In this document: positions 1 through 13,758 of the stretch, in pieces | How positions within the stretch are numbered: position 1 is the first letter of the stretch | How the letters are laid out: the number at the start of each line of letters is the position of its first letter | Source of the DNA: Callorhinchus milii | Lineage: Eukaryota | Assembly: GCF_018977255.1 (NCBI RefSeq) | Contig: NW_024704743.1 | Span: 3,100,001 to 3,164,000, forward strand | Reading direction: 5' to 3' | Length of the DNA stretch: 64,000 bases | Notes under the pieces: generated by a model | The model's input: only the letters and a program-made list of their open reading frames with translations | The model's database searches: none | Told to the model about the DNA's origin: nothing | Translations under genes and position numbers: made by a program

Positions 1-1436
1 GAGGACACGGCCTGCGACTGAAGAGGGTAAATTCAGAAAAAATCTGCGGAAACACTACCTCAGTGAGCGAGCAGTAAACTTATGGAACAGGTTCCCTTGA
101 GAAACAGCCGGTGGAAGCAGAAGTTTTTGATCCTTTCAAGAACAAATTAAGATAGATTTCTGCTAGAAAATAATATCTCGGGATAGATTCAGGATACAGT
201 TTGGGACGCAACATGTCAAGCGACTGCCAGGATGGTGGAAGGCGAACGAGGTGGACCTCGGTCTTCTTTCGCCCGCAAATTCTTATGCTTTTATGAAATC
301 GCGGTTTCCCTCCCGCTCCCGCGCTCACTGTCGCACGTTTTAAAAGGACTGAGAGCTGACACACTGGGCACTGCCCAGAGGTGGAGAGAGAGCAACTACG
401 TACCGTGTGGGAAGCTCACGGCTGTGAATCATTAAAACCGAGTCCAGTAATAATAATAATACAAATTATTAACAGAGAATTATTCTGCCACTGACTGCCC
501 GACCAGCCTGGATCATCAACAAACACTTGGGAGGGGCAGACAGGAATTCTTCCCATTCAGCTCCGGTTAACCCTGCAAGCCAACACGCTAACGGGTAGGG
601 TGGTCCGAGCTGGACAAGCAGCGGGCAAGCTGGCCAGGCAGTGATATCAATGGCAAGCTGTGTGGTTTTAGCTGGTTAAACTCCGGCAGTCACCCCCAAC
701 GCGCACACTGGGTCCCACAAGCCTTGGCTCTTGCCATCCTTTGCCCAATAATCTCAGGAATTAGGTAAGCAGCGTGCTTCCCTCCAGGGAGAGAGTGCGC
801 ATTCCATTCCAACAACAGGGAAATTTCCAAGTACAGGGAACGTACATATGTTGAACTGTATTGGTTTGGATATCCTTAAGCTTGGTGATGAGTCAGACCC
901 CTACAGTCCACCTGAAGACGTCAGAGGATGGTCTCAGTTGAACGTTTCACCTGAAGGACATCACCCCTGACAATGCAGCGCTCTTTCTCACTCTCTCTCT
1001 CTCTGTCCCCCAGACCTGTGGTGGAGCGTCAACCCAGACTGCGAGCTCAGAGTCTCCGATGCTCTGCAAAGCTACTGAATTCAGCATCTGTGGCTCCTAA
1101 ACGCCAACTGATGAAATCAATAACACTGATTATTAGAGGCTCCTTCCCCAGAGAGAGGAACACAGTCTCCTGTACCAGGTTTCTGGGCAATATTCCCCCA
1201 GAATAACCACACACTCACTTTGTGGCTGTATGTGAGTGTACGTGTGTGTGTGTGTGTGTGTGCGAGTGTTTGTGAGCATGTGTGAGTGTGTACCCGAGCC
1301 TGAGAGAGAGACCCTGCTGTGCACAAATTGGGTGCCAAACTTGCCCTCAAATAGGCACTACAAATCAATAGCAATTCCTGTTTTGATGCTAAAACGGTTA
1401 GATCAGGTGAGAGGATTATTTTATCCCGACAGCCTG

Positions 1437-1890
1437 TGCAGCCTGGCGCAGTGATAGCACTCTTGCCTCTGAGTCAGAAGGTTGTGGGTGGGTTCAAGCC
1501 TCACACTGGGACTTGGAATCACATAGTCTAAGCAACGCTCCAATACAGTGCTGGGTGGAGTTGTTCTATTGTCAGAGATGGCGTCCTTAGGGATGCGACA
1601 TTAAACCGAGGCCCCCGTCTGTACCTGATCAGGTGTACGTTAAGAGATCCCGCTGCGCTAGTCGAAAAGAGACGGATGTTTCCTTTGCCGGTGGCCTGGC
1701 CGACAATCCCCCAGATCAAATTGGTCGCTCACTCCAAGGGCTTGTGGGACATTGCTGTACCCAATTGGGCTGCTGCGTTTCACCCACACAATACGCAGTC
1801 ACTACACTTTACAGTATATCCTGTGAAGCGCTTTGAGGCATCTCGACACGATAAGGCGCTATTTCATAGGCAAGGATTATTATTAATATT
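1437..1890 (+). mobile_element. Deu-domain SINE (SacSINE1/AmnSINE-like). Other copies: 21797-22170, 28740-29080, 34240-34705(-), 39620-39900, 62240-62485(-), 13200-13550(-)
   Basis: tRNA-like head followed by ...ATTAAACCGAGGCCCCCGTCTG...AAGAGATCCC...CCTGGCC, which I recognise as the Deu central domain; same L2-like tail. Confidence 0.75.
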
Positions 1891-3339
1891 AATATCATCA
1901 TCATCATCTCAGGGCTCCAGAATCTCAACTTTACAGCACACAGGAGGCATTCGGCCAGTAGTTACCGGCTGGCTCTCTGAAGCAGCTCGCCATTCAGGCC
2001 CTCTACCCTCCCGCCCCACCCCCACTTTTACATTTTTCCTTTTCAAATATTTATCCCTTTTGCATTTCAATTCAAATACAGATTGGGCTTTGGCCAGCGT
2101 TTTGGGTTAGGTGTTCCATGCATTAAACCCTCGGTGTAGAAACATTCTCCTAACCTCTGTGGTCTTGGTGAAACATAATCATCGTAAGCAATAATGATAA
2201 TAATCATCCTTGCAGTTGATACAGCGCCTTTCCCTTTTGGAGCACATCTCCACAAGCACCAGTAAGGTTTTCCTGTAAAGTGTAGTCACTGTGTGTTCTA
2301 TGGGCCAACATAGCAGCCAATTTGCACGCAGCATCTTCCCATAAACAGTATGGAGTGAGTAACCAATTCTATCTGGGGGATTGCTGGCCAGGACACCGGG
2401 GGAGAGAGAGAAACTCCCTTCTCTGTTCCAATACCGCCATGGAGTTGTAAAATTGCCACCATGTTTGCCTACGAAGGCAGTCACCACACCAGCCTGTGAA
2501 GCAAATTTAAGAGCATTTCAAATTGAGAGACAGTGGATCAAATGCATGTTGTTTCCTTCAAAATCCATCCCTCGATCAGCTGAGAGAAACGAGGGCTTCA
2601 GAGCTGACAAACGTAAGAAGGGAGATTGCTTCAGCCTCTGGATTCCTCTGTAACATGTAAACCCCGGGTTGTACTGCAGCTTTACAGATGATCAAAACTA
2701 AAATGGGGTCCTGTATCTTAGCGCTTGCCTCACAAGCGAGTGGACCTGGGTTTGATTCCTGGGCAGGGCAAATCGTTGGGCAAGTTTCCTTACTCGACAG
2801 GCCTCGGTTTATCTAGCAGTAGGTAGGAACCCGGTTGTTAGTCGATTGCTGGAGATGGCTTTTCATGAGGACAATAATCCCTTCAAACATATTTTAAAAA
2901 AGTGGTCACTCAATCCACGACTGTCCGTGACACCGCTGAGGGCAATTGGCTGCTGCCACAAAATGCAGCCACTGCACTTCACAGGACGTCCTCCCGACGT
3001 GAAAGGCGCTCTATAAATGGAATCTTGTTGTTGTTGTTGTATATTCTGTGAAGCGCTTTGGGGCTTCTCGACAATGTGCTCAGGCGCTACATCAAATGTA
3101 AGGAATATTATTATTATTAAAAGCGTGAACTTAACACAGCTCAGAGGTGACCACTTTAAACCCCTGGATGTGGAGACTGTTGAGCGCAGATAGACAGGGA
3201 CACAGTTCTCACACTCTCCCCCTTCTCAGCACTGTCTGAAGAGATTAGCTATGTGTGGCAGGAAAGAGGAGAGCCTGAGACACACACCAAACCACAGCCT
3301 CACCAGGCGAAAGACAGAGAGAGAGAGAGCTGCTGGGAC

Positions 3340-5119
3340 CTGAGGGAGAGAGAGCTGGAGAGGGAGGGGGAAAGAGGGGCGGGAAGAGGGAGATGGGGGC
3401 AAGAAGGAGTGGGGGGGAGAGGGACAGGGGAGACGACGGTGGGGGGGGCAAGGAGGCAGGGTGGGGAGGGGGGAAGAGGCCGGGGTGGGGTGGGGCGAAG
3501 AAGCTGGGGGGAAGAGGCGGGGGGGGAAGAGATTGGGGGGGAAGAGGAGGGAAGGGGGGGCAGGGTAGAGGCAGGGAGGGAGGGGAGAGGCAGGCAGGGA
3601 GAGGGGGGGAAGAGGCAGGCAGGGAGGGAGGGAGAGAAGGGGGGGAAGAGGCAGGCAGGGAGGGGGGAAGAGGCAGGGAGGGAGGAAAGAGGCAGGCAGG
3701 GAGAGGGGGGGGAAGAGGCAGGCAGGGAGGGAGGGAGAAGGGGGGGGGAAGAGGCAGGCAGGGAGGGGGGAAGAGGCAGGGAGGGGGGAAGAGGCAGGGA
3801 GGGAGGGGGGGAAGAGGCAGGGAGGGGGGGGGAAGAGGCAGGGAGGGAGGGGGGGAAGAGGCAGGGAGGGAGGGGGGAAGAGGCAGGGGAGGGGGAAGAG
3901 GCAGGGATGGAGGGGGGGGAAGAGGCAGGGAGGGAGGGGGGGAAGAGGCAGGGAGGGAGGGGGGAAGAGGCAGGGAGGGAGGGGGGAAGAGGCAGGGAGG
4001 GAGGGGGGAAGAGGCAGGGAGGGAGGGGGGAAGAGGCAGTCAGGGAGGGGGGAAGAGGCAGGCAGGGGAGGGGGGGAAGAGGCAGTCAGGGAGGGGGGAA
4101 GAGGCAGGCAGGGAGGGAGGGGGGGAAGAGGCAGTCAGGGAGGGGGGGAAGAGGCAGGCAGGGAGGGAGGGGGGGGGAAGAGGCAGGCAGGGAGGGGGGA
4201 AGAGGCAGGGAGGAGGGGGGGGAAGAGGCAGGGAGGGAGGGGGGGAAGAGGCAGGGAGGGAGGGGGGGGAAGAGGCAGGAGGGAGGGAGGGAGGGGGGAA
4301 GAGGGAGGGGGGGGAAGAGGAGGGGGGAAGAGGCAGGGAGGGAGGGGGGGGGAGAGGGAGGGAGGGGGGGGGGAGAGGCAGGGAGGGAGGGGGGAAGAGG
4401 GAGGGAGGGGGAAGAGGCGGGGGGGGAGAGGCAGGGAGGGAGGAGGGGGGAAGAGGGAGGGAGGGGAAGAGGCAGGGAGGGAGGGGGAAAAGGCAGGGAG
4501 GGAGGGGGGGAAGAAGCAGGGAGAGAGGNNNNNNNNNNNNNNNNNNNNNNNNNNNNNNNNNNNNNNNNNNNNNNNNNNNNNNNNNNNNNNNNNNNNNNNN
4601 NNNNNNNNNNNNNNNNNNNNNNNNNNNNNNNNNNNNNNNNNNNNNNNNNNNNNNNNNNNNNNNNNNNNNNNNNAAGAGGAGGGAGGGGGGAGAGGGAGGG
4701 GGGGGAAGAGGAGGGAGGGGGGGAGAGGAGGGAGAGAGGGAGGGGGGAGAGGGAGGGAGGGAGGGGAGAAGGGAGGAGGGGGGAAAGAGGAGGGAGGGGG
4801 GGGGAGAGGCAGGGAGGAGGGGGGGAAAGAGGAAGGAAGGGAGGGAAGAGGAAGGGGGAAGGAAGAGGTGGAAGAAAGAGGAGGAGGGTGGGGGAGAAGG
4901 GGGGAGGTGGGGGGAAGGAGAGATGGAGGGAGGGCGGGAAGAAGGAGGGAGGGAGGGAGGAGGGGAGTGGGAGGGAGGAGTGATGGAGTGAGGGAGGTGG
5001 GTGGGGGGAGAGAGTGAGGCGGGAAGCGGGCGGAGAGGGGGAGGGGGGTAGAGTGAGGGGGCGGAATGGGGAGGAAGAGTGATGGGGGTAGAAAGGGGGA
5101 GGCGGGAGAAGGGAAGGGA

Positions 5120-5155
<36 letters not shown>

Positions 5156-5200
5156 GGGGAGTGAGAGAAAGAAAGAAAGAAAGGAGAGAGACAGAGAGGA
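3340..5200 (+). repeat. Polypurine (G/A) degenerate minisatellite, core GGAAGAGGCAGGGAG(G)n, interrupted by a gap
   Basis: Directly visible tandem repetition; N-run 4529-4673. Confidence 0.9.
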
Positions 5201-5900
5201 GGGGGGAGAGGCCTGAGGCCTGCTGTGGCGCGGAGCCTGGGGCGGGGGGTAACTGCGGGGCCGCTCACCTGGCACCTCAGGCCTTTTCCCCGCTTTCCTC
5301 TCCTCCTTTTCTCTCTCTCTCTCTTTCTCTCTCTCTCCTCCTCCTCCTCCTCCCTCCACCACCACCTTCCCTCTCTCCTCTTCCTCCGGCTCCTCTCCGC
5401 GGGCAACGGCCGCCTCGCCTCACCTCCCAGCCTGCTCCGCGCCCTCCCCCGCCTCACCTCCCATCATCCCTCGCGCCACTTTTTCCCACACCCCCCCCCT
5501 CCCCCGAACACTCCTGCTTCAGGCCGCCTCACCTCCCGGCCTGCTCCGCGCCCCCACCCACCAGCCCGCCTCACCTCCCATCGTCCCTCGCGTCACTTTT
5601 TCCTCACTCCGCCTTACGCCGCCTCACCTCCCAGCCTGCCCCGCGCCACCGCCGCCTCACCTCCCAGCCTGCCCCGCGGACCCAGCGTCGGCAGCCTCAG
5701 GCGGTGAATCGCAGCTGCGAGGGGGCGGATCCGTTGGATTTGTTTGGGCGTTGCCCTGGGCAACGGCAACGGGAACAGCCTCGCAGCCTCGTCACGTACC
5801 AGGGTTCGAGCCCCCGCTGCCTCACGAGAAACACACGCACATCACTCTGCTCCAGTCCTGGCCAGCAATCACCGGCGTAAACTTGGCGCCTGGCGACCCG
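5200..5900 (-). promoter_or_regulatory. CpG island, X-box and probable first exon of an unidentified minus-strand gene
   Basis: CpG-rich; palindromic X-box GTTGCCCTGGGCAAC (5750-5764); minus-strand donor CAG|gtgagc at 5269/5268; no convincing CDS. Confidence 0.5.
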
Positions 5901-5929
5901 CCTTCACGGTCAACCACAGGGCCGCGCAG

Positions 5930-6258
5930 CGCTTAATAATAATAACCCTCGCATTCGATAGAGCGCTTTTCACGTCGGGAGAGGACGTCCCAAAGCGCTT
6001 CACGGAACACACTGTAAAGTGAATTGACTGTATATGTTTGTGGGCGAACGCGGCGGCCGATTGCGCACAGCGATGTCCCACAAACGGTCGTGGATTGAAA
6101 ATGACCAATTTATTATTGTTTTTGGTTTTGGAGGGATTATTATTAGGCTCTGTGTGGAGTAAGGAAACTTGCCCAAGGTTTCGCCCTCTGCCTGGGATTG
6201 AACTCAGGTCTCTCGCTTGCAAAGCGAGTGCTCTAACCGCTGAGCTACAGGACTCCAC
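5930..6258 (-). mobile_element. tRNA-derived SINE (tRNA-Ala-like head, L2-like tail ending (ATT)n), young short subfamily
   Basis: Head GGAGTCCTGTAGCTCAGCGGTTAGAGCACTCGC...GTTCAATCCC with A and B boxes; tail shared with dozens of copies in the window. Confidence 0.85.
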
Positions 6259-7314
6259 AGCGCGCGCTTGCGGGCAGCACGGAAACCCGACCGGAGGGGT
6301 TCACATCACGGGGGGGGGGGGGGAACGGCCAGAGGAAAGAGCGAACAAAGCCGGGTCGCAACGACTCGGTACGCTGCCTTGGGGAGGCGCGGGAGGTTGG
6401 AGGTGGTGCGGCGGCTGGAGAGTGGGAATAGGTCCAGGGGGAAGGTTTTTTTGAGGATGGGGGTGATGATAATCCCTCCAAAACCAAAAACGATCATTAA
6501 AAATTGGTCATTTTCAATCCACGACTGTTTGTGGGACATCGCTGTGCGCAATTGGCTGCCGCGTTCGCCCACAAATATACGGTCAATTCACTTTACAGTG
6601 TGTTCTGTGAACCGCTTTGGGACGTCCTCCCGACGTGAAAAGCGCTATATCAAATGCAAGGATTATTATTATTATTATGAAGCGCTTCGAGGGCATGACA
6701 AGGTACATCCAATGCAAGGATTAGTATGTTTCCAAACCAACTATATGGAACGTGGAAATTTCCTGTTGTCTGATATGGTATGAACACTGTATCCCCAAAC
6801 CCTGCCTTGAGGGTATGTGCCTATTCACTTAATCCTGGGAAACATGAAGCACAGGTTGGTGAGGATCCAAGGCTTAGGGGTGTACATTGGAGTAACTGCT
6901 GGCATTTAACCAGATAAAAGCAGGTAGCTTGACTTTGCCAATGCAAGTATTGTCTGGCAAGGTTACGCTGCTCGTTTGACACTGTACACATTAGGATTTT
7001 GGTTCATTGAATTAATAGGAGCTGAGCGGGATGATTCCTGCCCTGTTGCCTGGTCTGCACCTCAAAGTCCTGCCAATGAGCCAGGCTGGGCTGTCACCAG
7101 CAGTGCCCTGGAGTACTGTGGACCCGCCCGGTGCAGGAACTGGTCCAGTGACTGAGGTTCAACAATGGTGAATAGGACAGAGTGGAGTACCCAATGCATC
7201 TCTGCTGTATCTGCCCTGGAACATTTGACGCCGACAATGGGAACCTCCATTAGTGCCAATTTTGCACTCAGCAGTTGTACAGGTCTATGACTTAGCCAAA
7301 GAATGAGATGAAAT

Positions 7315-7648
7315 AATAATAATTACATTTGATAGGGCCTGATCACATCTTCGAGATGATTCGAAGTGCTTCACAGAATATACTATATAGTGGCTGCACA
7401 TTTTGCAGCCAATTGCGCACAGCAGTGTCCCACAAAAAATCGTGGGTTAAGTGACCAAATTACTATTTGTTTTTAAAGGGATTATTAACCCCAGAAAACG
7501 ATCCACCAATCGAGTTCCTACTTGCTGCTAAGCAAACAGAGGCATGTAGAGAAAGGAAACTTACCTAAGATTTTGCCCTGCCCAGGAAACGAACCCAGTT
7601 CCTCTGGCTTGCAAGGCGAGTGCTCTAACCACTATGCTACAGGACTTC
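7315..7648 (-). mobile_element. tRNA-derived SINE, full-length type. Other copies: 2707-3120, 10465-10822, 25030-25410, 28388-28720, 29165-29538, 35130-35446, 37260-37608, 39213-39577, 41952-42250, 49175-49513
   Basis: Shared head, central CCTTGGGCAAGTTTCCTTACTCCAC...AGTAGGAACC segment, and (ATT)n tail. Confidence 0.85.
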
Positions 7649-7739
7649 ATGCATGAAATGGCTTGAAGAGCTTCTCTCACTGAAGAGAAATCCTGGCCAA
7701 AGCTCCCAGCCATCAGTGCTTTCAGTGCATCGGCGCAGA

Positions 7740-7965
7740 CTCGATCAAGTGAGAACATTTTATTTCAAATAGCATACAAGATACAACAGTGAAGAGAGAC
7801 ACCCGTGGACAGCAACAAAATCACAGGTCGATAGTCAATGAAAATATACAAAGATCTATTGATTTTTAGTTTCTTTTACATCTTCTGTTTCCTTCAGCCT
7901 TCGCTGGTGAGTGAGAGAGTGTTGCTCGCAGGTCCTAGCTGTCATCCCACAGGGGCTGTTCACTA
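7740..7965 (-). other. CFAP20: Probable CFAP20 terminal exon (stop codon plus 3' UTR), with AATAAA at 7759-7764
   Basis: The minus strand reads ctcttccctttgattgcag|TAGTGA, followed by unique sequence and a poly(A) signal about 200 nt downstream. Confidence 0.6.
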
Positions 7966-10900
7966 CTGCAATCAAAGGGAAGAGATCATAGAATATTACA
8001 GCACAGAAGGCGGCCATTTGGCTCATCGTGCTGGCTCTTTGGAAGAGCTACCCAATCAGTCCCACTCCCCTGCTCTTTCCCAATATCCTTGCATTTTTTT
8101 CCTTTTGAAGTACCTGTCCAATTCCCTTTTGAAAGTTGTTATTGAATGTGTTTCCACCAGCCTTTCAGGCTGTGCATTCCAGAATGTAATAACTCTCTGT
8201 GTAAAAAAAAAGTCTCTCCTGATTTCCCTGCTGGTTCTTTTGCCAATTATCTTGAACCTTTGTCCCCTGGTTACCGACCCACCTGCCAGTGGTAACAGTT
8301 TCTCTCTATCTACTCTATCAAAACCCCTCATAACAACAACAAGATTACATTTGTATAGCGCCTTTCACGTCGGGAGGATATCCCAAGGCATTGGACAGTG
8401 TACAGCATTTCAGACCCAAGATGGGGTTGGGGGGGGAGAAGGGATATGCCTCTATTTATAAAGATGTGACTCTCTCCTCCACTCATCTCCATGCTGAGAC
8501 TCTCACTACAGCAGGAGATTTCCTAGCCCTCTCCACTGACCCCGAGGTCTCTGGAACTCCTCCCCAGAATCCCTCCATTCCGCACCCTCTCTCCAGGCCT
8601 TTCGCTTCTCTGCGAGTTTAAGGCCCATTCAATTCTGCCTCTTGGTTTAACGTTTCAACCGAGAGATAGCATCTGCAGTGCAACCCCAGCACTGCACCGG
8701 AGCGTCAGATTAGAGTGTATGAGCTCCAAGACTCAACTGTTTTTATATACATCTCAATCAGATCGGCACCCTTAACCTCCACAGCTCCAAGCAATAGAAT
8801 GCCAATTTACCCAGGCTCCGAGCATTACTAAATCCACACCCAATCCATTGATGCAGTGCGTGGTAGTGGGAGCCACCCTTCCCCCCTGCTGGCTGGCACA
8901 CAGCCCGACACATAGCACACAGCCTGATACACAGCAACCAGCCTCTCACACACCACACAGCCTGGCACACAGCACTCTACACAGCACAGAGCACGACACA
9001 CACCCCTATACACAGCCCACAGCCCTATACACAGCACAGAGCCCGGCACACGGCCCTATACATTGCACATAGCCCAGAAAACAGCCCCTCACGCAGCCCT
9101 AAACACATCATACAGCCTGGCACACAGCCTTACCTTAGACTTGTTCTGGACGGGTAAGTACAGCTTGAACTCCGCGGGCAGCTCGTCCTCCGAGTACAGT
9201 CTGTCCGAAAAGTAAACTCTCCGAATCCGGCAATTGGCGTGTATCTGAGAGGCAAACGGTATTAATGCTTTAATGGCAAACGTTTTACAAACCAACACTG
9301 CCGATTCCACCAACCATTTTCTGGCCACTCAGCCCTACACCCGACTGAGGCAGAGGAACTGAGAAGCACCAGTTGGATCAATTCTTGAGAGAAAATAATA
9401 TTAAGAGGCATCATGAATTTCAGTGCAGAGCTCCATTGGGAGAGCGAGCATCAGGATAAACACGATGGGGAGAGAGCAGGGAATGGGAATAGAGTAGAGA
9501 GGGTTATTATCCAATGGCTCCTGACTGGGGAAGGGGGCACCACGGGGAGAGGGTGGGTGGAGGGTTGGTGCCCGCACTGACCTGGACCCTCAGTGTCTCG
9601 ATGTAGTTGGTGCCGTACGCCCGTCGGGTGAAGTCCGACAGGTTGAACTGGATTTGGTTCCAGCCGTCGTCAAGCCGCATGGGCATTGTGCAGATAAAAG
9701 GCTTGACTCGCGTCGTGCTCTGGTAGTTACTTGCTCGGAAACGTCGACGCACATTCTTATCGTCCAACACCTGCAGAATGAGAGGGAAGGGCAGAGAGTG
9801 AGGGGGCAGAGAGGGAGAAAGGGGGTAGAGAGGGAAAGGGGGGCAGAGAGGGAGAGAGGGGGGGAGAGAGGGCAGGAGAGAGGAAGAGAAGGGGGGAGCG
9901 GGAGGGGGGGGTGGTGGAGAAGACGGGATAGAGAGAGGGAGGGAGAAAGGGGTAGAGAGAGAGAGAACAAAGAGAAATGAGAAAAAGGCAAAGAGAGTGG
10001 GTAGAGTGTGAGTGGGGAAAGAGACACAGGATGGAGGGGGAAAGCGAGAGGGGAGAAGAGGACATACAGTCACTACACTTTATAGCAATAATAATCCTTG
10101 CATTTGATATCATGTCTTCGAGACGTCTCACAGCAAACACAATAAAACAAAGTTGAGTCACTTTTTCTTACCTGAACCTCGAAGGTGAAATATTTCTTCA
10201 AGTTCTTGATGATCATGACGAGGAACGGCAACTTGATCCCGAGGGTTTTCTTGGGATCTGCCGGGCACGTGATGTAGGTGGTGCTGAGGGGCGGGGGGGG
10301 CATGTGGAGGGCAGGGGGGAAACAGGGTAAAGTAACATTAAAGCAGAGACATGACACCCAGAAACAGCGGCTTGTGACGTTCTCCTGACAGGAAACGCAC
10401 TGTATAACTGTAAATCTGTAATCTGTTTTCTAACTGGGTTGATCTGTATAAGGTGAACATCAGGAAGCCCATAGCTTAGTGGATAGCGGGCTCACCTCGC
10501 AAGCGAGACGACCTGGGTTTGATTACCGGGCAGGGCAAAACCTTAGGCAAGTTTCCTTACTCCACACGCCTCTGTTTACCTAGGAGTAAGTAGGAACCCG
10601 GTTATCATTCGATTGGTGGCTTTCTGGGAGTAATAATCCCTTCAAATAATGTTTTTAATTTTTTTTATAACCATTTGTGGGACACTGCTGTGCGCAATTG
10701 GTTTCCGGATTTCACTCGTGGAATACACAGTAAATTCACTTTAAAATATACTTGGGAAATCGCTTCGAGAAGTCTCAACGACGTGATAAAGTGCTATATC
10801 GCATGCAAAGATTATTATTAATATCAGACATTTGGGCAGGGGACCCAATTGAGATAGGACCTCATCGAGGGATTAGGGTTGGATTATATGGATGTTTCCA

Positions 10901-13405
10901 TTTATTGGTGAGTCTATAACTAGAGGATATAAACATACACAAGTCAGTAACAGATCTAACAGGGATTTTACGAGGAACGTTTTCATACAGAGGGTGGTGG
11001 CAGTGTGCAACTCACTGCCGGTGAGAAGCAGAAAGCATCAATGTGTTAAAGAGGAAACTTAACATGAAGGAGAGGGGAAAAGAGATAGTAATAAACACCG
11101 ACACATCCTAGTAGGCTTGGTCCATGTCATATCTCTATATGTAACTATACAACTTCTCTCCAACACAAGGGACATTGGGGAAAACTACTGTACTCTCGAC
11201 TGAGATCAGTAACTCAGCACAGATTTGGGTTTGAACTGGGAACCTTTTCATAGAATCACAGAATATTATAGGAGGCCATTTGGCCAAATTCTGCTCATCT
11301 CCCCTCTGGTTCTTTTGTCAATTATCTTAAATCCATGTCCCCTGGTTCCTGACCCACCTGTCAGAGGAAACAGTTTCTTCCTATCTACTCTATCAAAACC
11401 CATCATAATTTTGAACACCTGTATTAAATCTCCCCTCAACCATCTACGCTCTAAAGAGAAAAATCTCAGCTAGACAATCAGCAACCCTAGTCTGTATGGT
11501 CTTAATATACTCTCCCCAGGAGGGATGGAGGTGGTGATGAGAAGCATATTGAGAAACACAGACCTTACAGCCATTATTAGAGACTCACCTGACATTGGTG
11601 CCCTCCACCTCCAGCACCAGAGACTGGATGTCATTATCTGTGATCCTCTTTATGTGTCCATTTCTCACCTGAACACAAACAGATTGAGCTCAATCCACGA
11701 CTATTTGTGGGAGACTGCTGTGTGCAATTGGCTGCCATGTTTTGCCCACAAATTATATAGTCAATCCGCTTTACAGTATATTCTGTGAAGCGCTTTGAGA
11801 TGTCTCGAAGGCGTGATAATGTCAATTGCAAGAGGTCTTCAAAATGGTGAGAGGTTTTTAGAAGGTGATGAGAGAGAAACTCTTTCCACCCACCAGTCAC
11901 TAAGTCAGTATCTTGAGAGTATCAATTTAATATCCTCACCAAAACAACATAGCAAAGTTTGAATTTTACCAACGCAAACACAGTTAGTTATTTGCATGTA
12001 GAATACCTGACCAACCACAACAGTTGTTTTAAAATAAATTAACAATAATGATACTAATAATTGGAGACAGTGCGGGGAATGTTGAAACATCTGAAAGTAA
12101 TAATAATAATAATAATCCTTGCATTTGATATTGCGCCTTATCATGTCTTCTCGACATCTCAAAGTGCTTCACAGGATATACTGTAAAGTGAACTGGTTGT
12201 ATATTTTGTGGACAAAAGTGTCTCAAAGCAGCAATTGCTGTCAAGTGCAGTGACCTAACAGTATCTGTAGTGACTCGAGTATTCGAAGGCAGAAGCCATT
12301 TTGCACCCAGCAATGTCACCGACAGCCAGAAAATGTCAAGAACCATAACAACCCACAGCACCCTTCACACGGGCAGCGTGTCGAAAGCTGCGCTGTGACA
12401 AGGCTGGACGCCAAGCAAGGGAGAAGGAGAGGTGACCATAGGCGCGTTCAAAGAGGTGCGTCTTAAATTTGTTTTTTTGGGGGGTCATCCGGGTGTCTGA
12501 CATATGCGGAAACCAATCACCATGCGTCCCAACGACAATTTGAAATCCCAGAGATAGATAGTGCGAATGGAATACGCACTCTCTCCTGGAGGGATGTATC
12601 CAGCGTCCGGAGAGTAATAGGTGCAGGTTAGCAAAAGCCAAGGCTTGGGGACCCCAGAGTGTGCGTTGGGCTAACTGTTGGGAGTCTAAACCAGCTGAAT
12701 TCACACACCTCGCCATTGAGAACAACGTCTGGCCAGCATTCCCGCTGCTTATCCAGCAAGGACCACCCTCTCCGTGAGGGATTTGGCTTGCAGGGTGAAC
12801 GGGAGCCAAGTGGGAGGATTCCCTGCCCCAATGACTGGTCTGCCTTTCCAAGTCCAAGACGATGAGCCGGACTGTGTTGTGATCAGCAGTGCCCCGAAAT
12901 ACTGAGAACCTGCCCGGCTGAGGAATCGGACTACTGAGATCGCCACAGAAGGGCGGCTCGATTCAGATATTCCGTTGCCAAGCATCTCACCTTGAGCCGA
13001 TTCAACTCCAAGGAGACCCTGCTCACCTCGCCCTCTGACGCCCTCTGATACAGCGCTGGGCGGAGCGAGCGCTGCGTGGTTGGAGATGGCATCTTTCAGA
13101 TAACCGTCACAATAATGCAAGAACGATTACGATAAACAAACAACCCTTTCCGAGAGCCACGGGACAGGATCCAGTCTAACATGCGAAATCATTCTCGCGA
13201 TCCTTATACGCGACGCAGCGCCTTTCGCCTCAGGGGGGACGTCTCAAAGCTCTTCGCGGGAGGATTTACTGCACAGTGCGGCGGCCGTGCGTTTTGTGGG
13301 CAAACGCTGTGCGCGCGGCAACGTCCCACAAACAACCACGCAAGCGTGCGACCAATTTTAATCGGGGGAATTGTTGGCCAGGACACCAGGGGAGAGAGAG
13401 AGAGA

Positions 13406-13436
<31 letters not shown>

Positions 13437-13717
13437 GAACTCCCTTCTCTTTTCCAATGGCGCGGCGGGATCGTGAAGATCCACCCGGACAGGCGCAGAC
13501 CGGGCCCCTCGGTTTGACCTCTGGTCCGAAGGACGTGCGCCTCCGACGATTGCTGGGGGTGGGGGGTGGGGGGGGGGGGGGGTGGGGTCAATCTAACCCT
13601 CGGTGGGGTTTTGCCCACAAAATACGCGGTCGCTGCACCGTATGCGGTAAGATCGAAGCCGCGAAGCGCTTCGAGGTGTCTGAACGAGGCGATGAGGCGC
13701 TATCATCAAGTGCAGGG

Positions 13718-13758
<41 letters not shown>

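Noticed and set aside
3253-5457. Long G/R/E-rich and P/S/L-rich ORFs
   Set aside because: Translations of a polypurine repeat spanning an N-gap.
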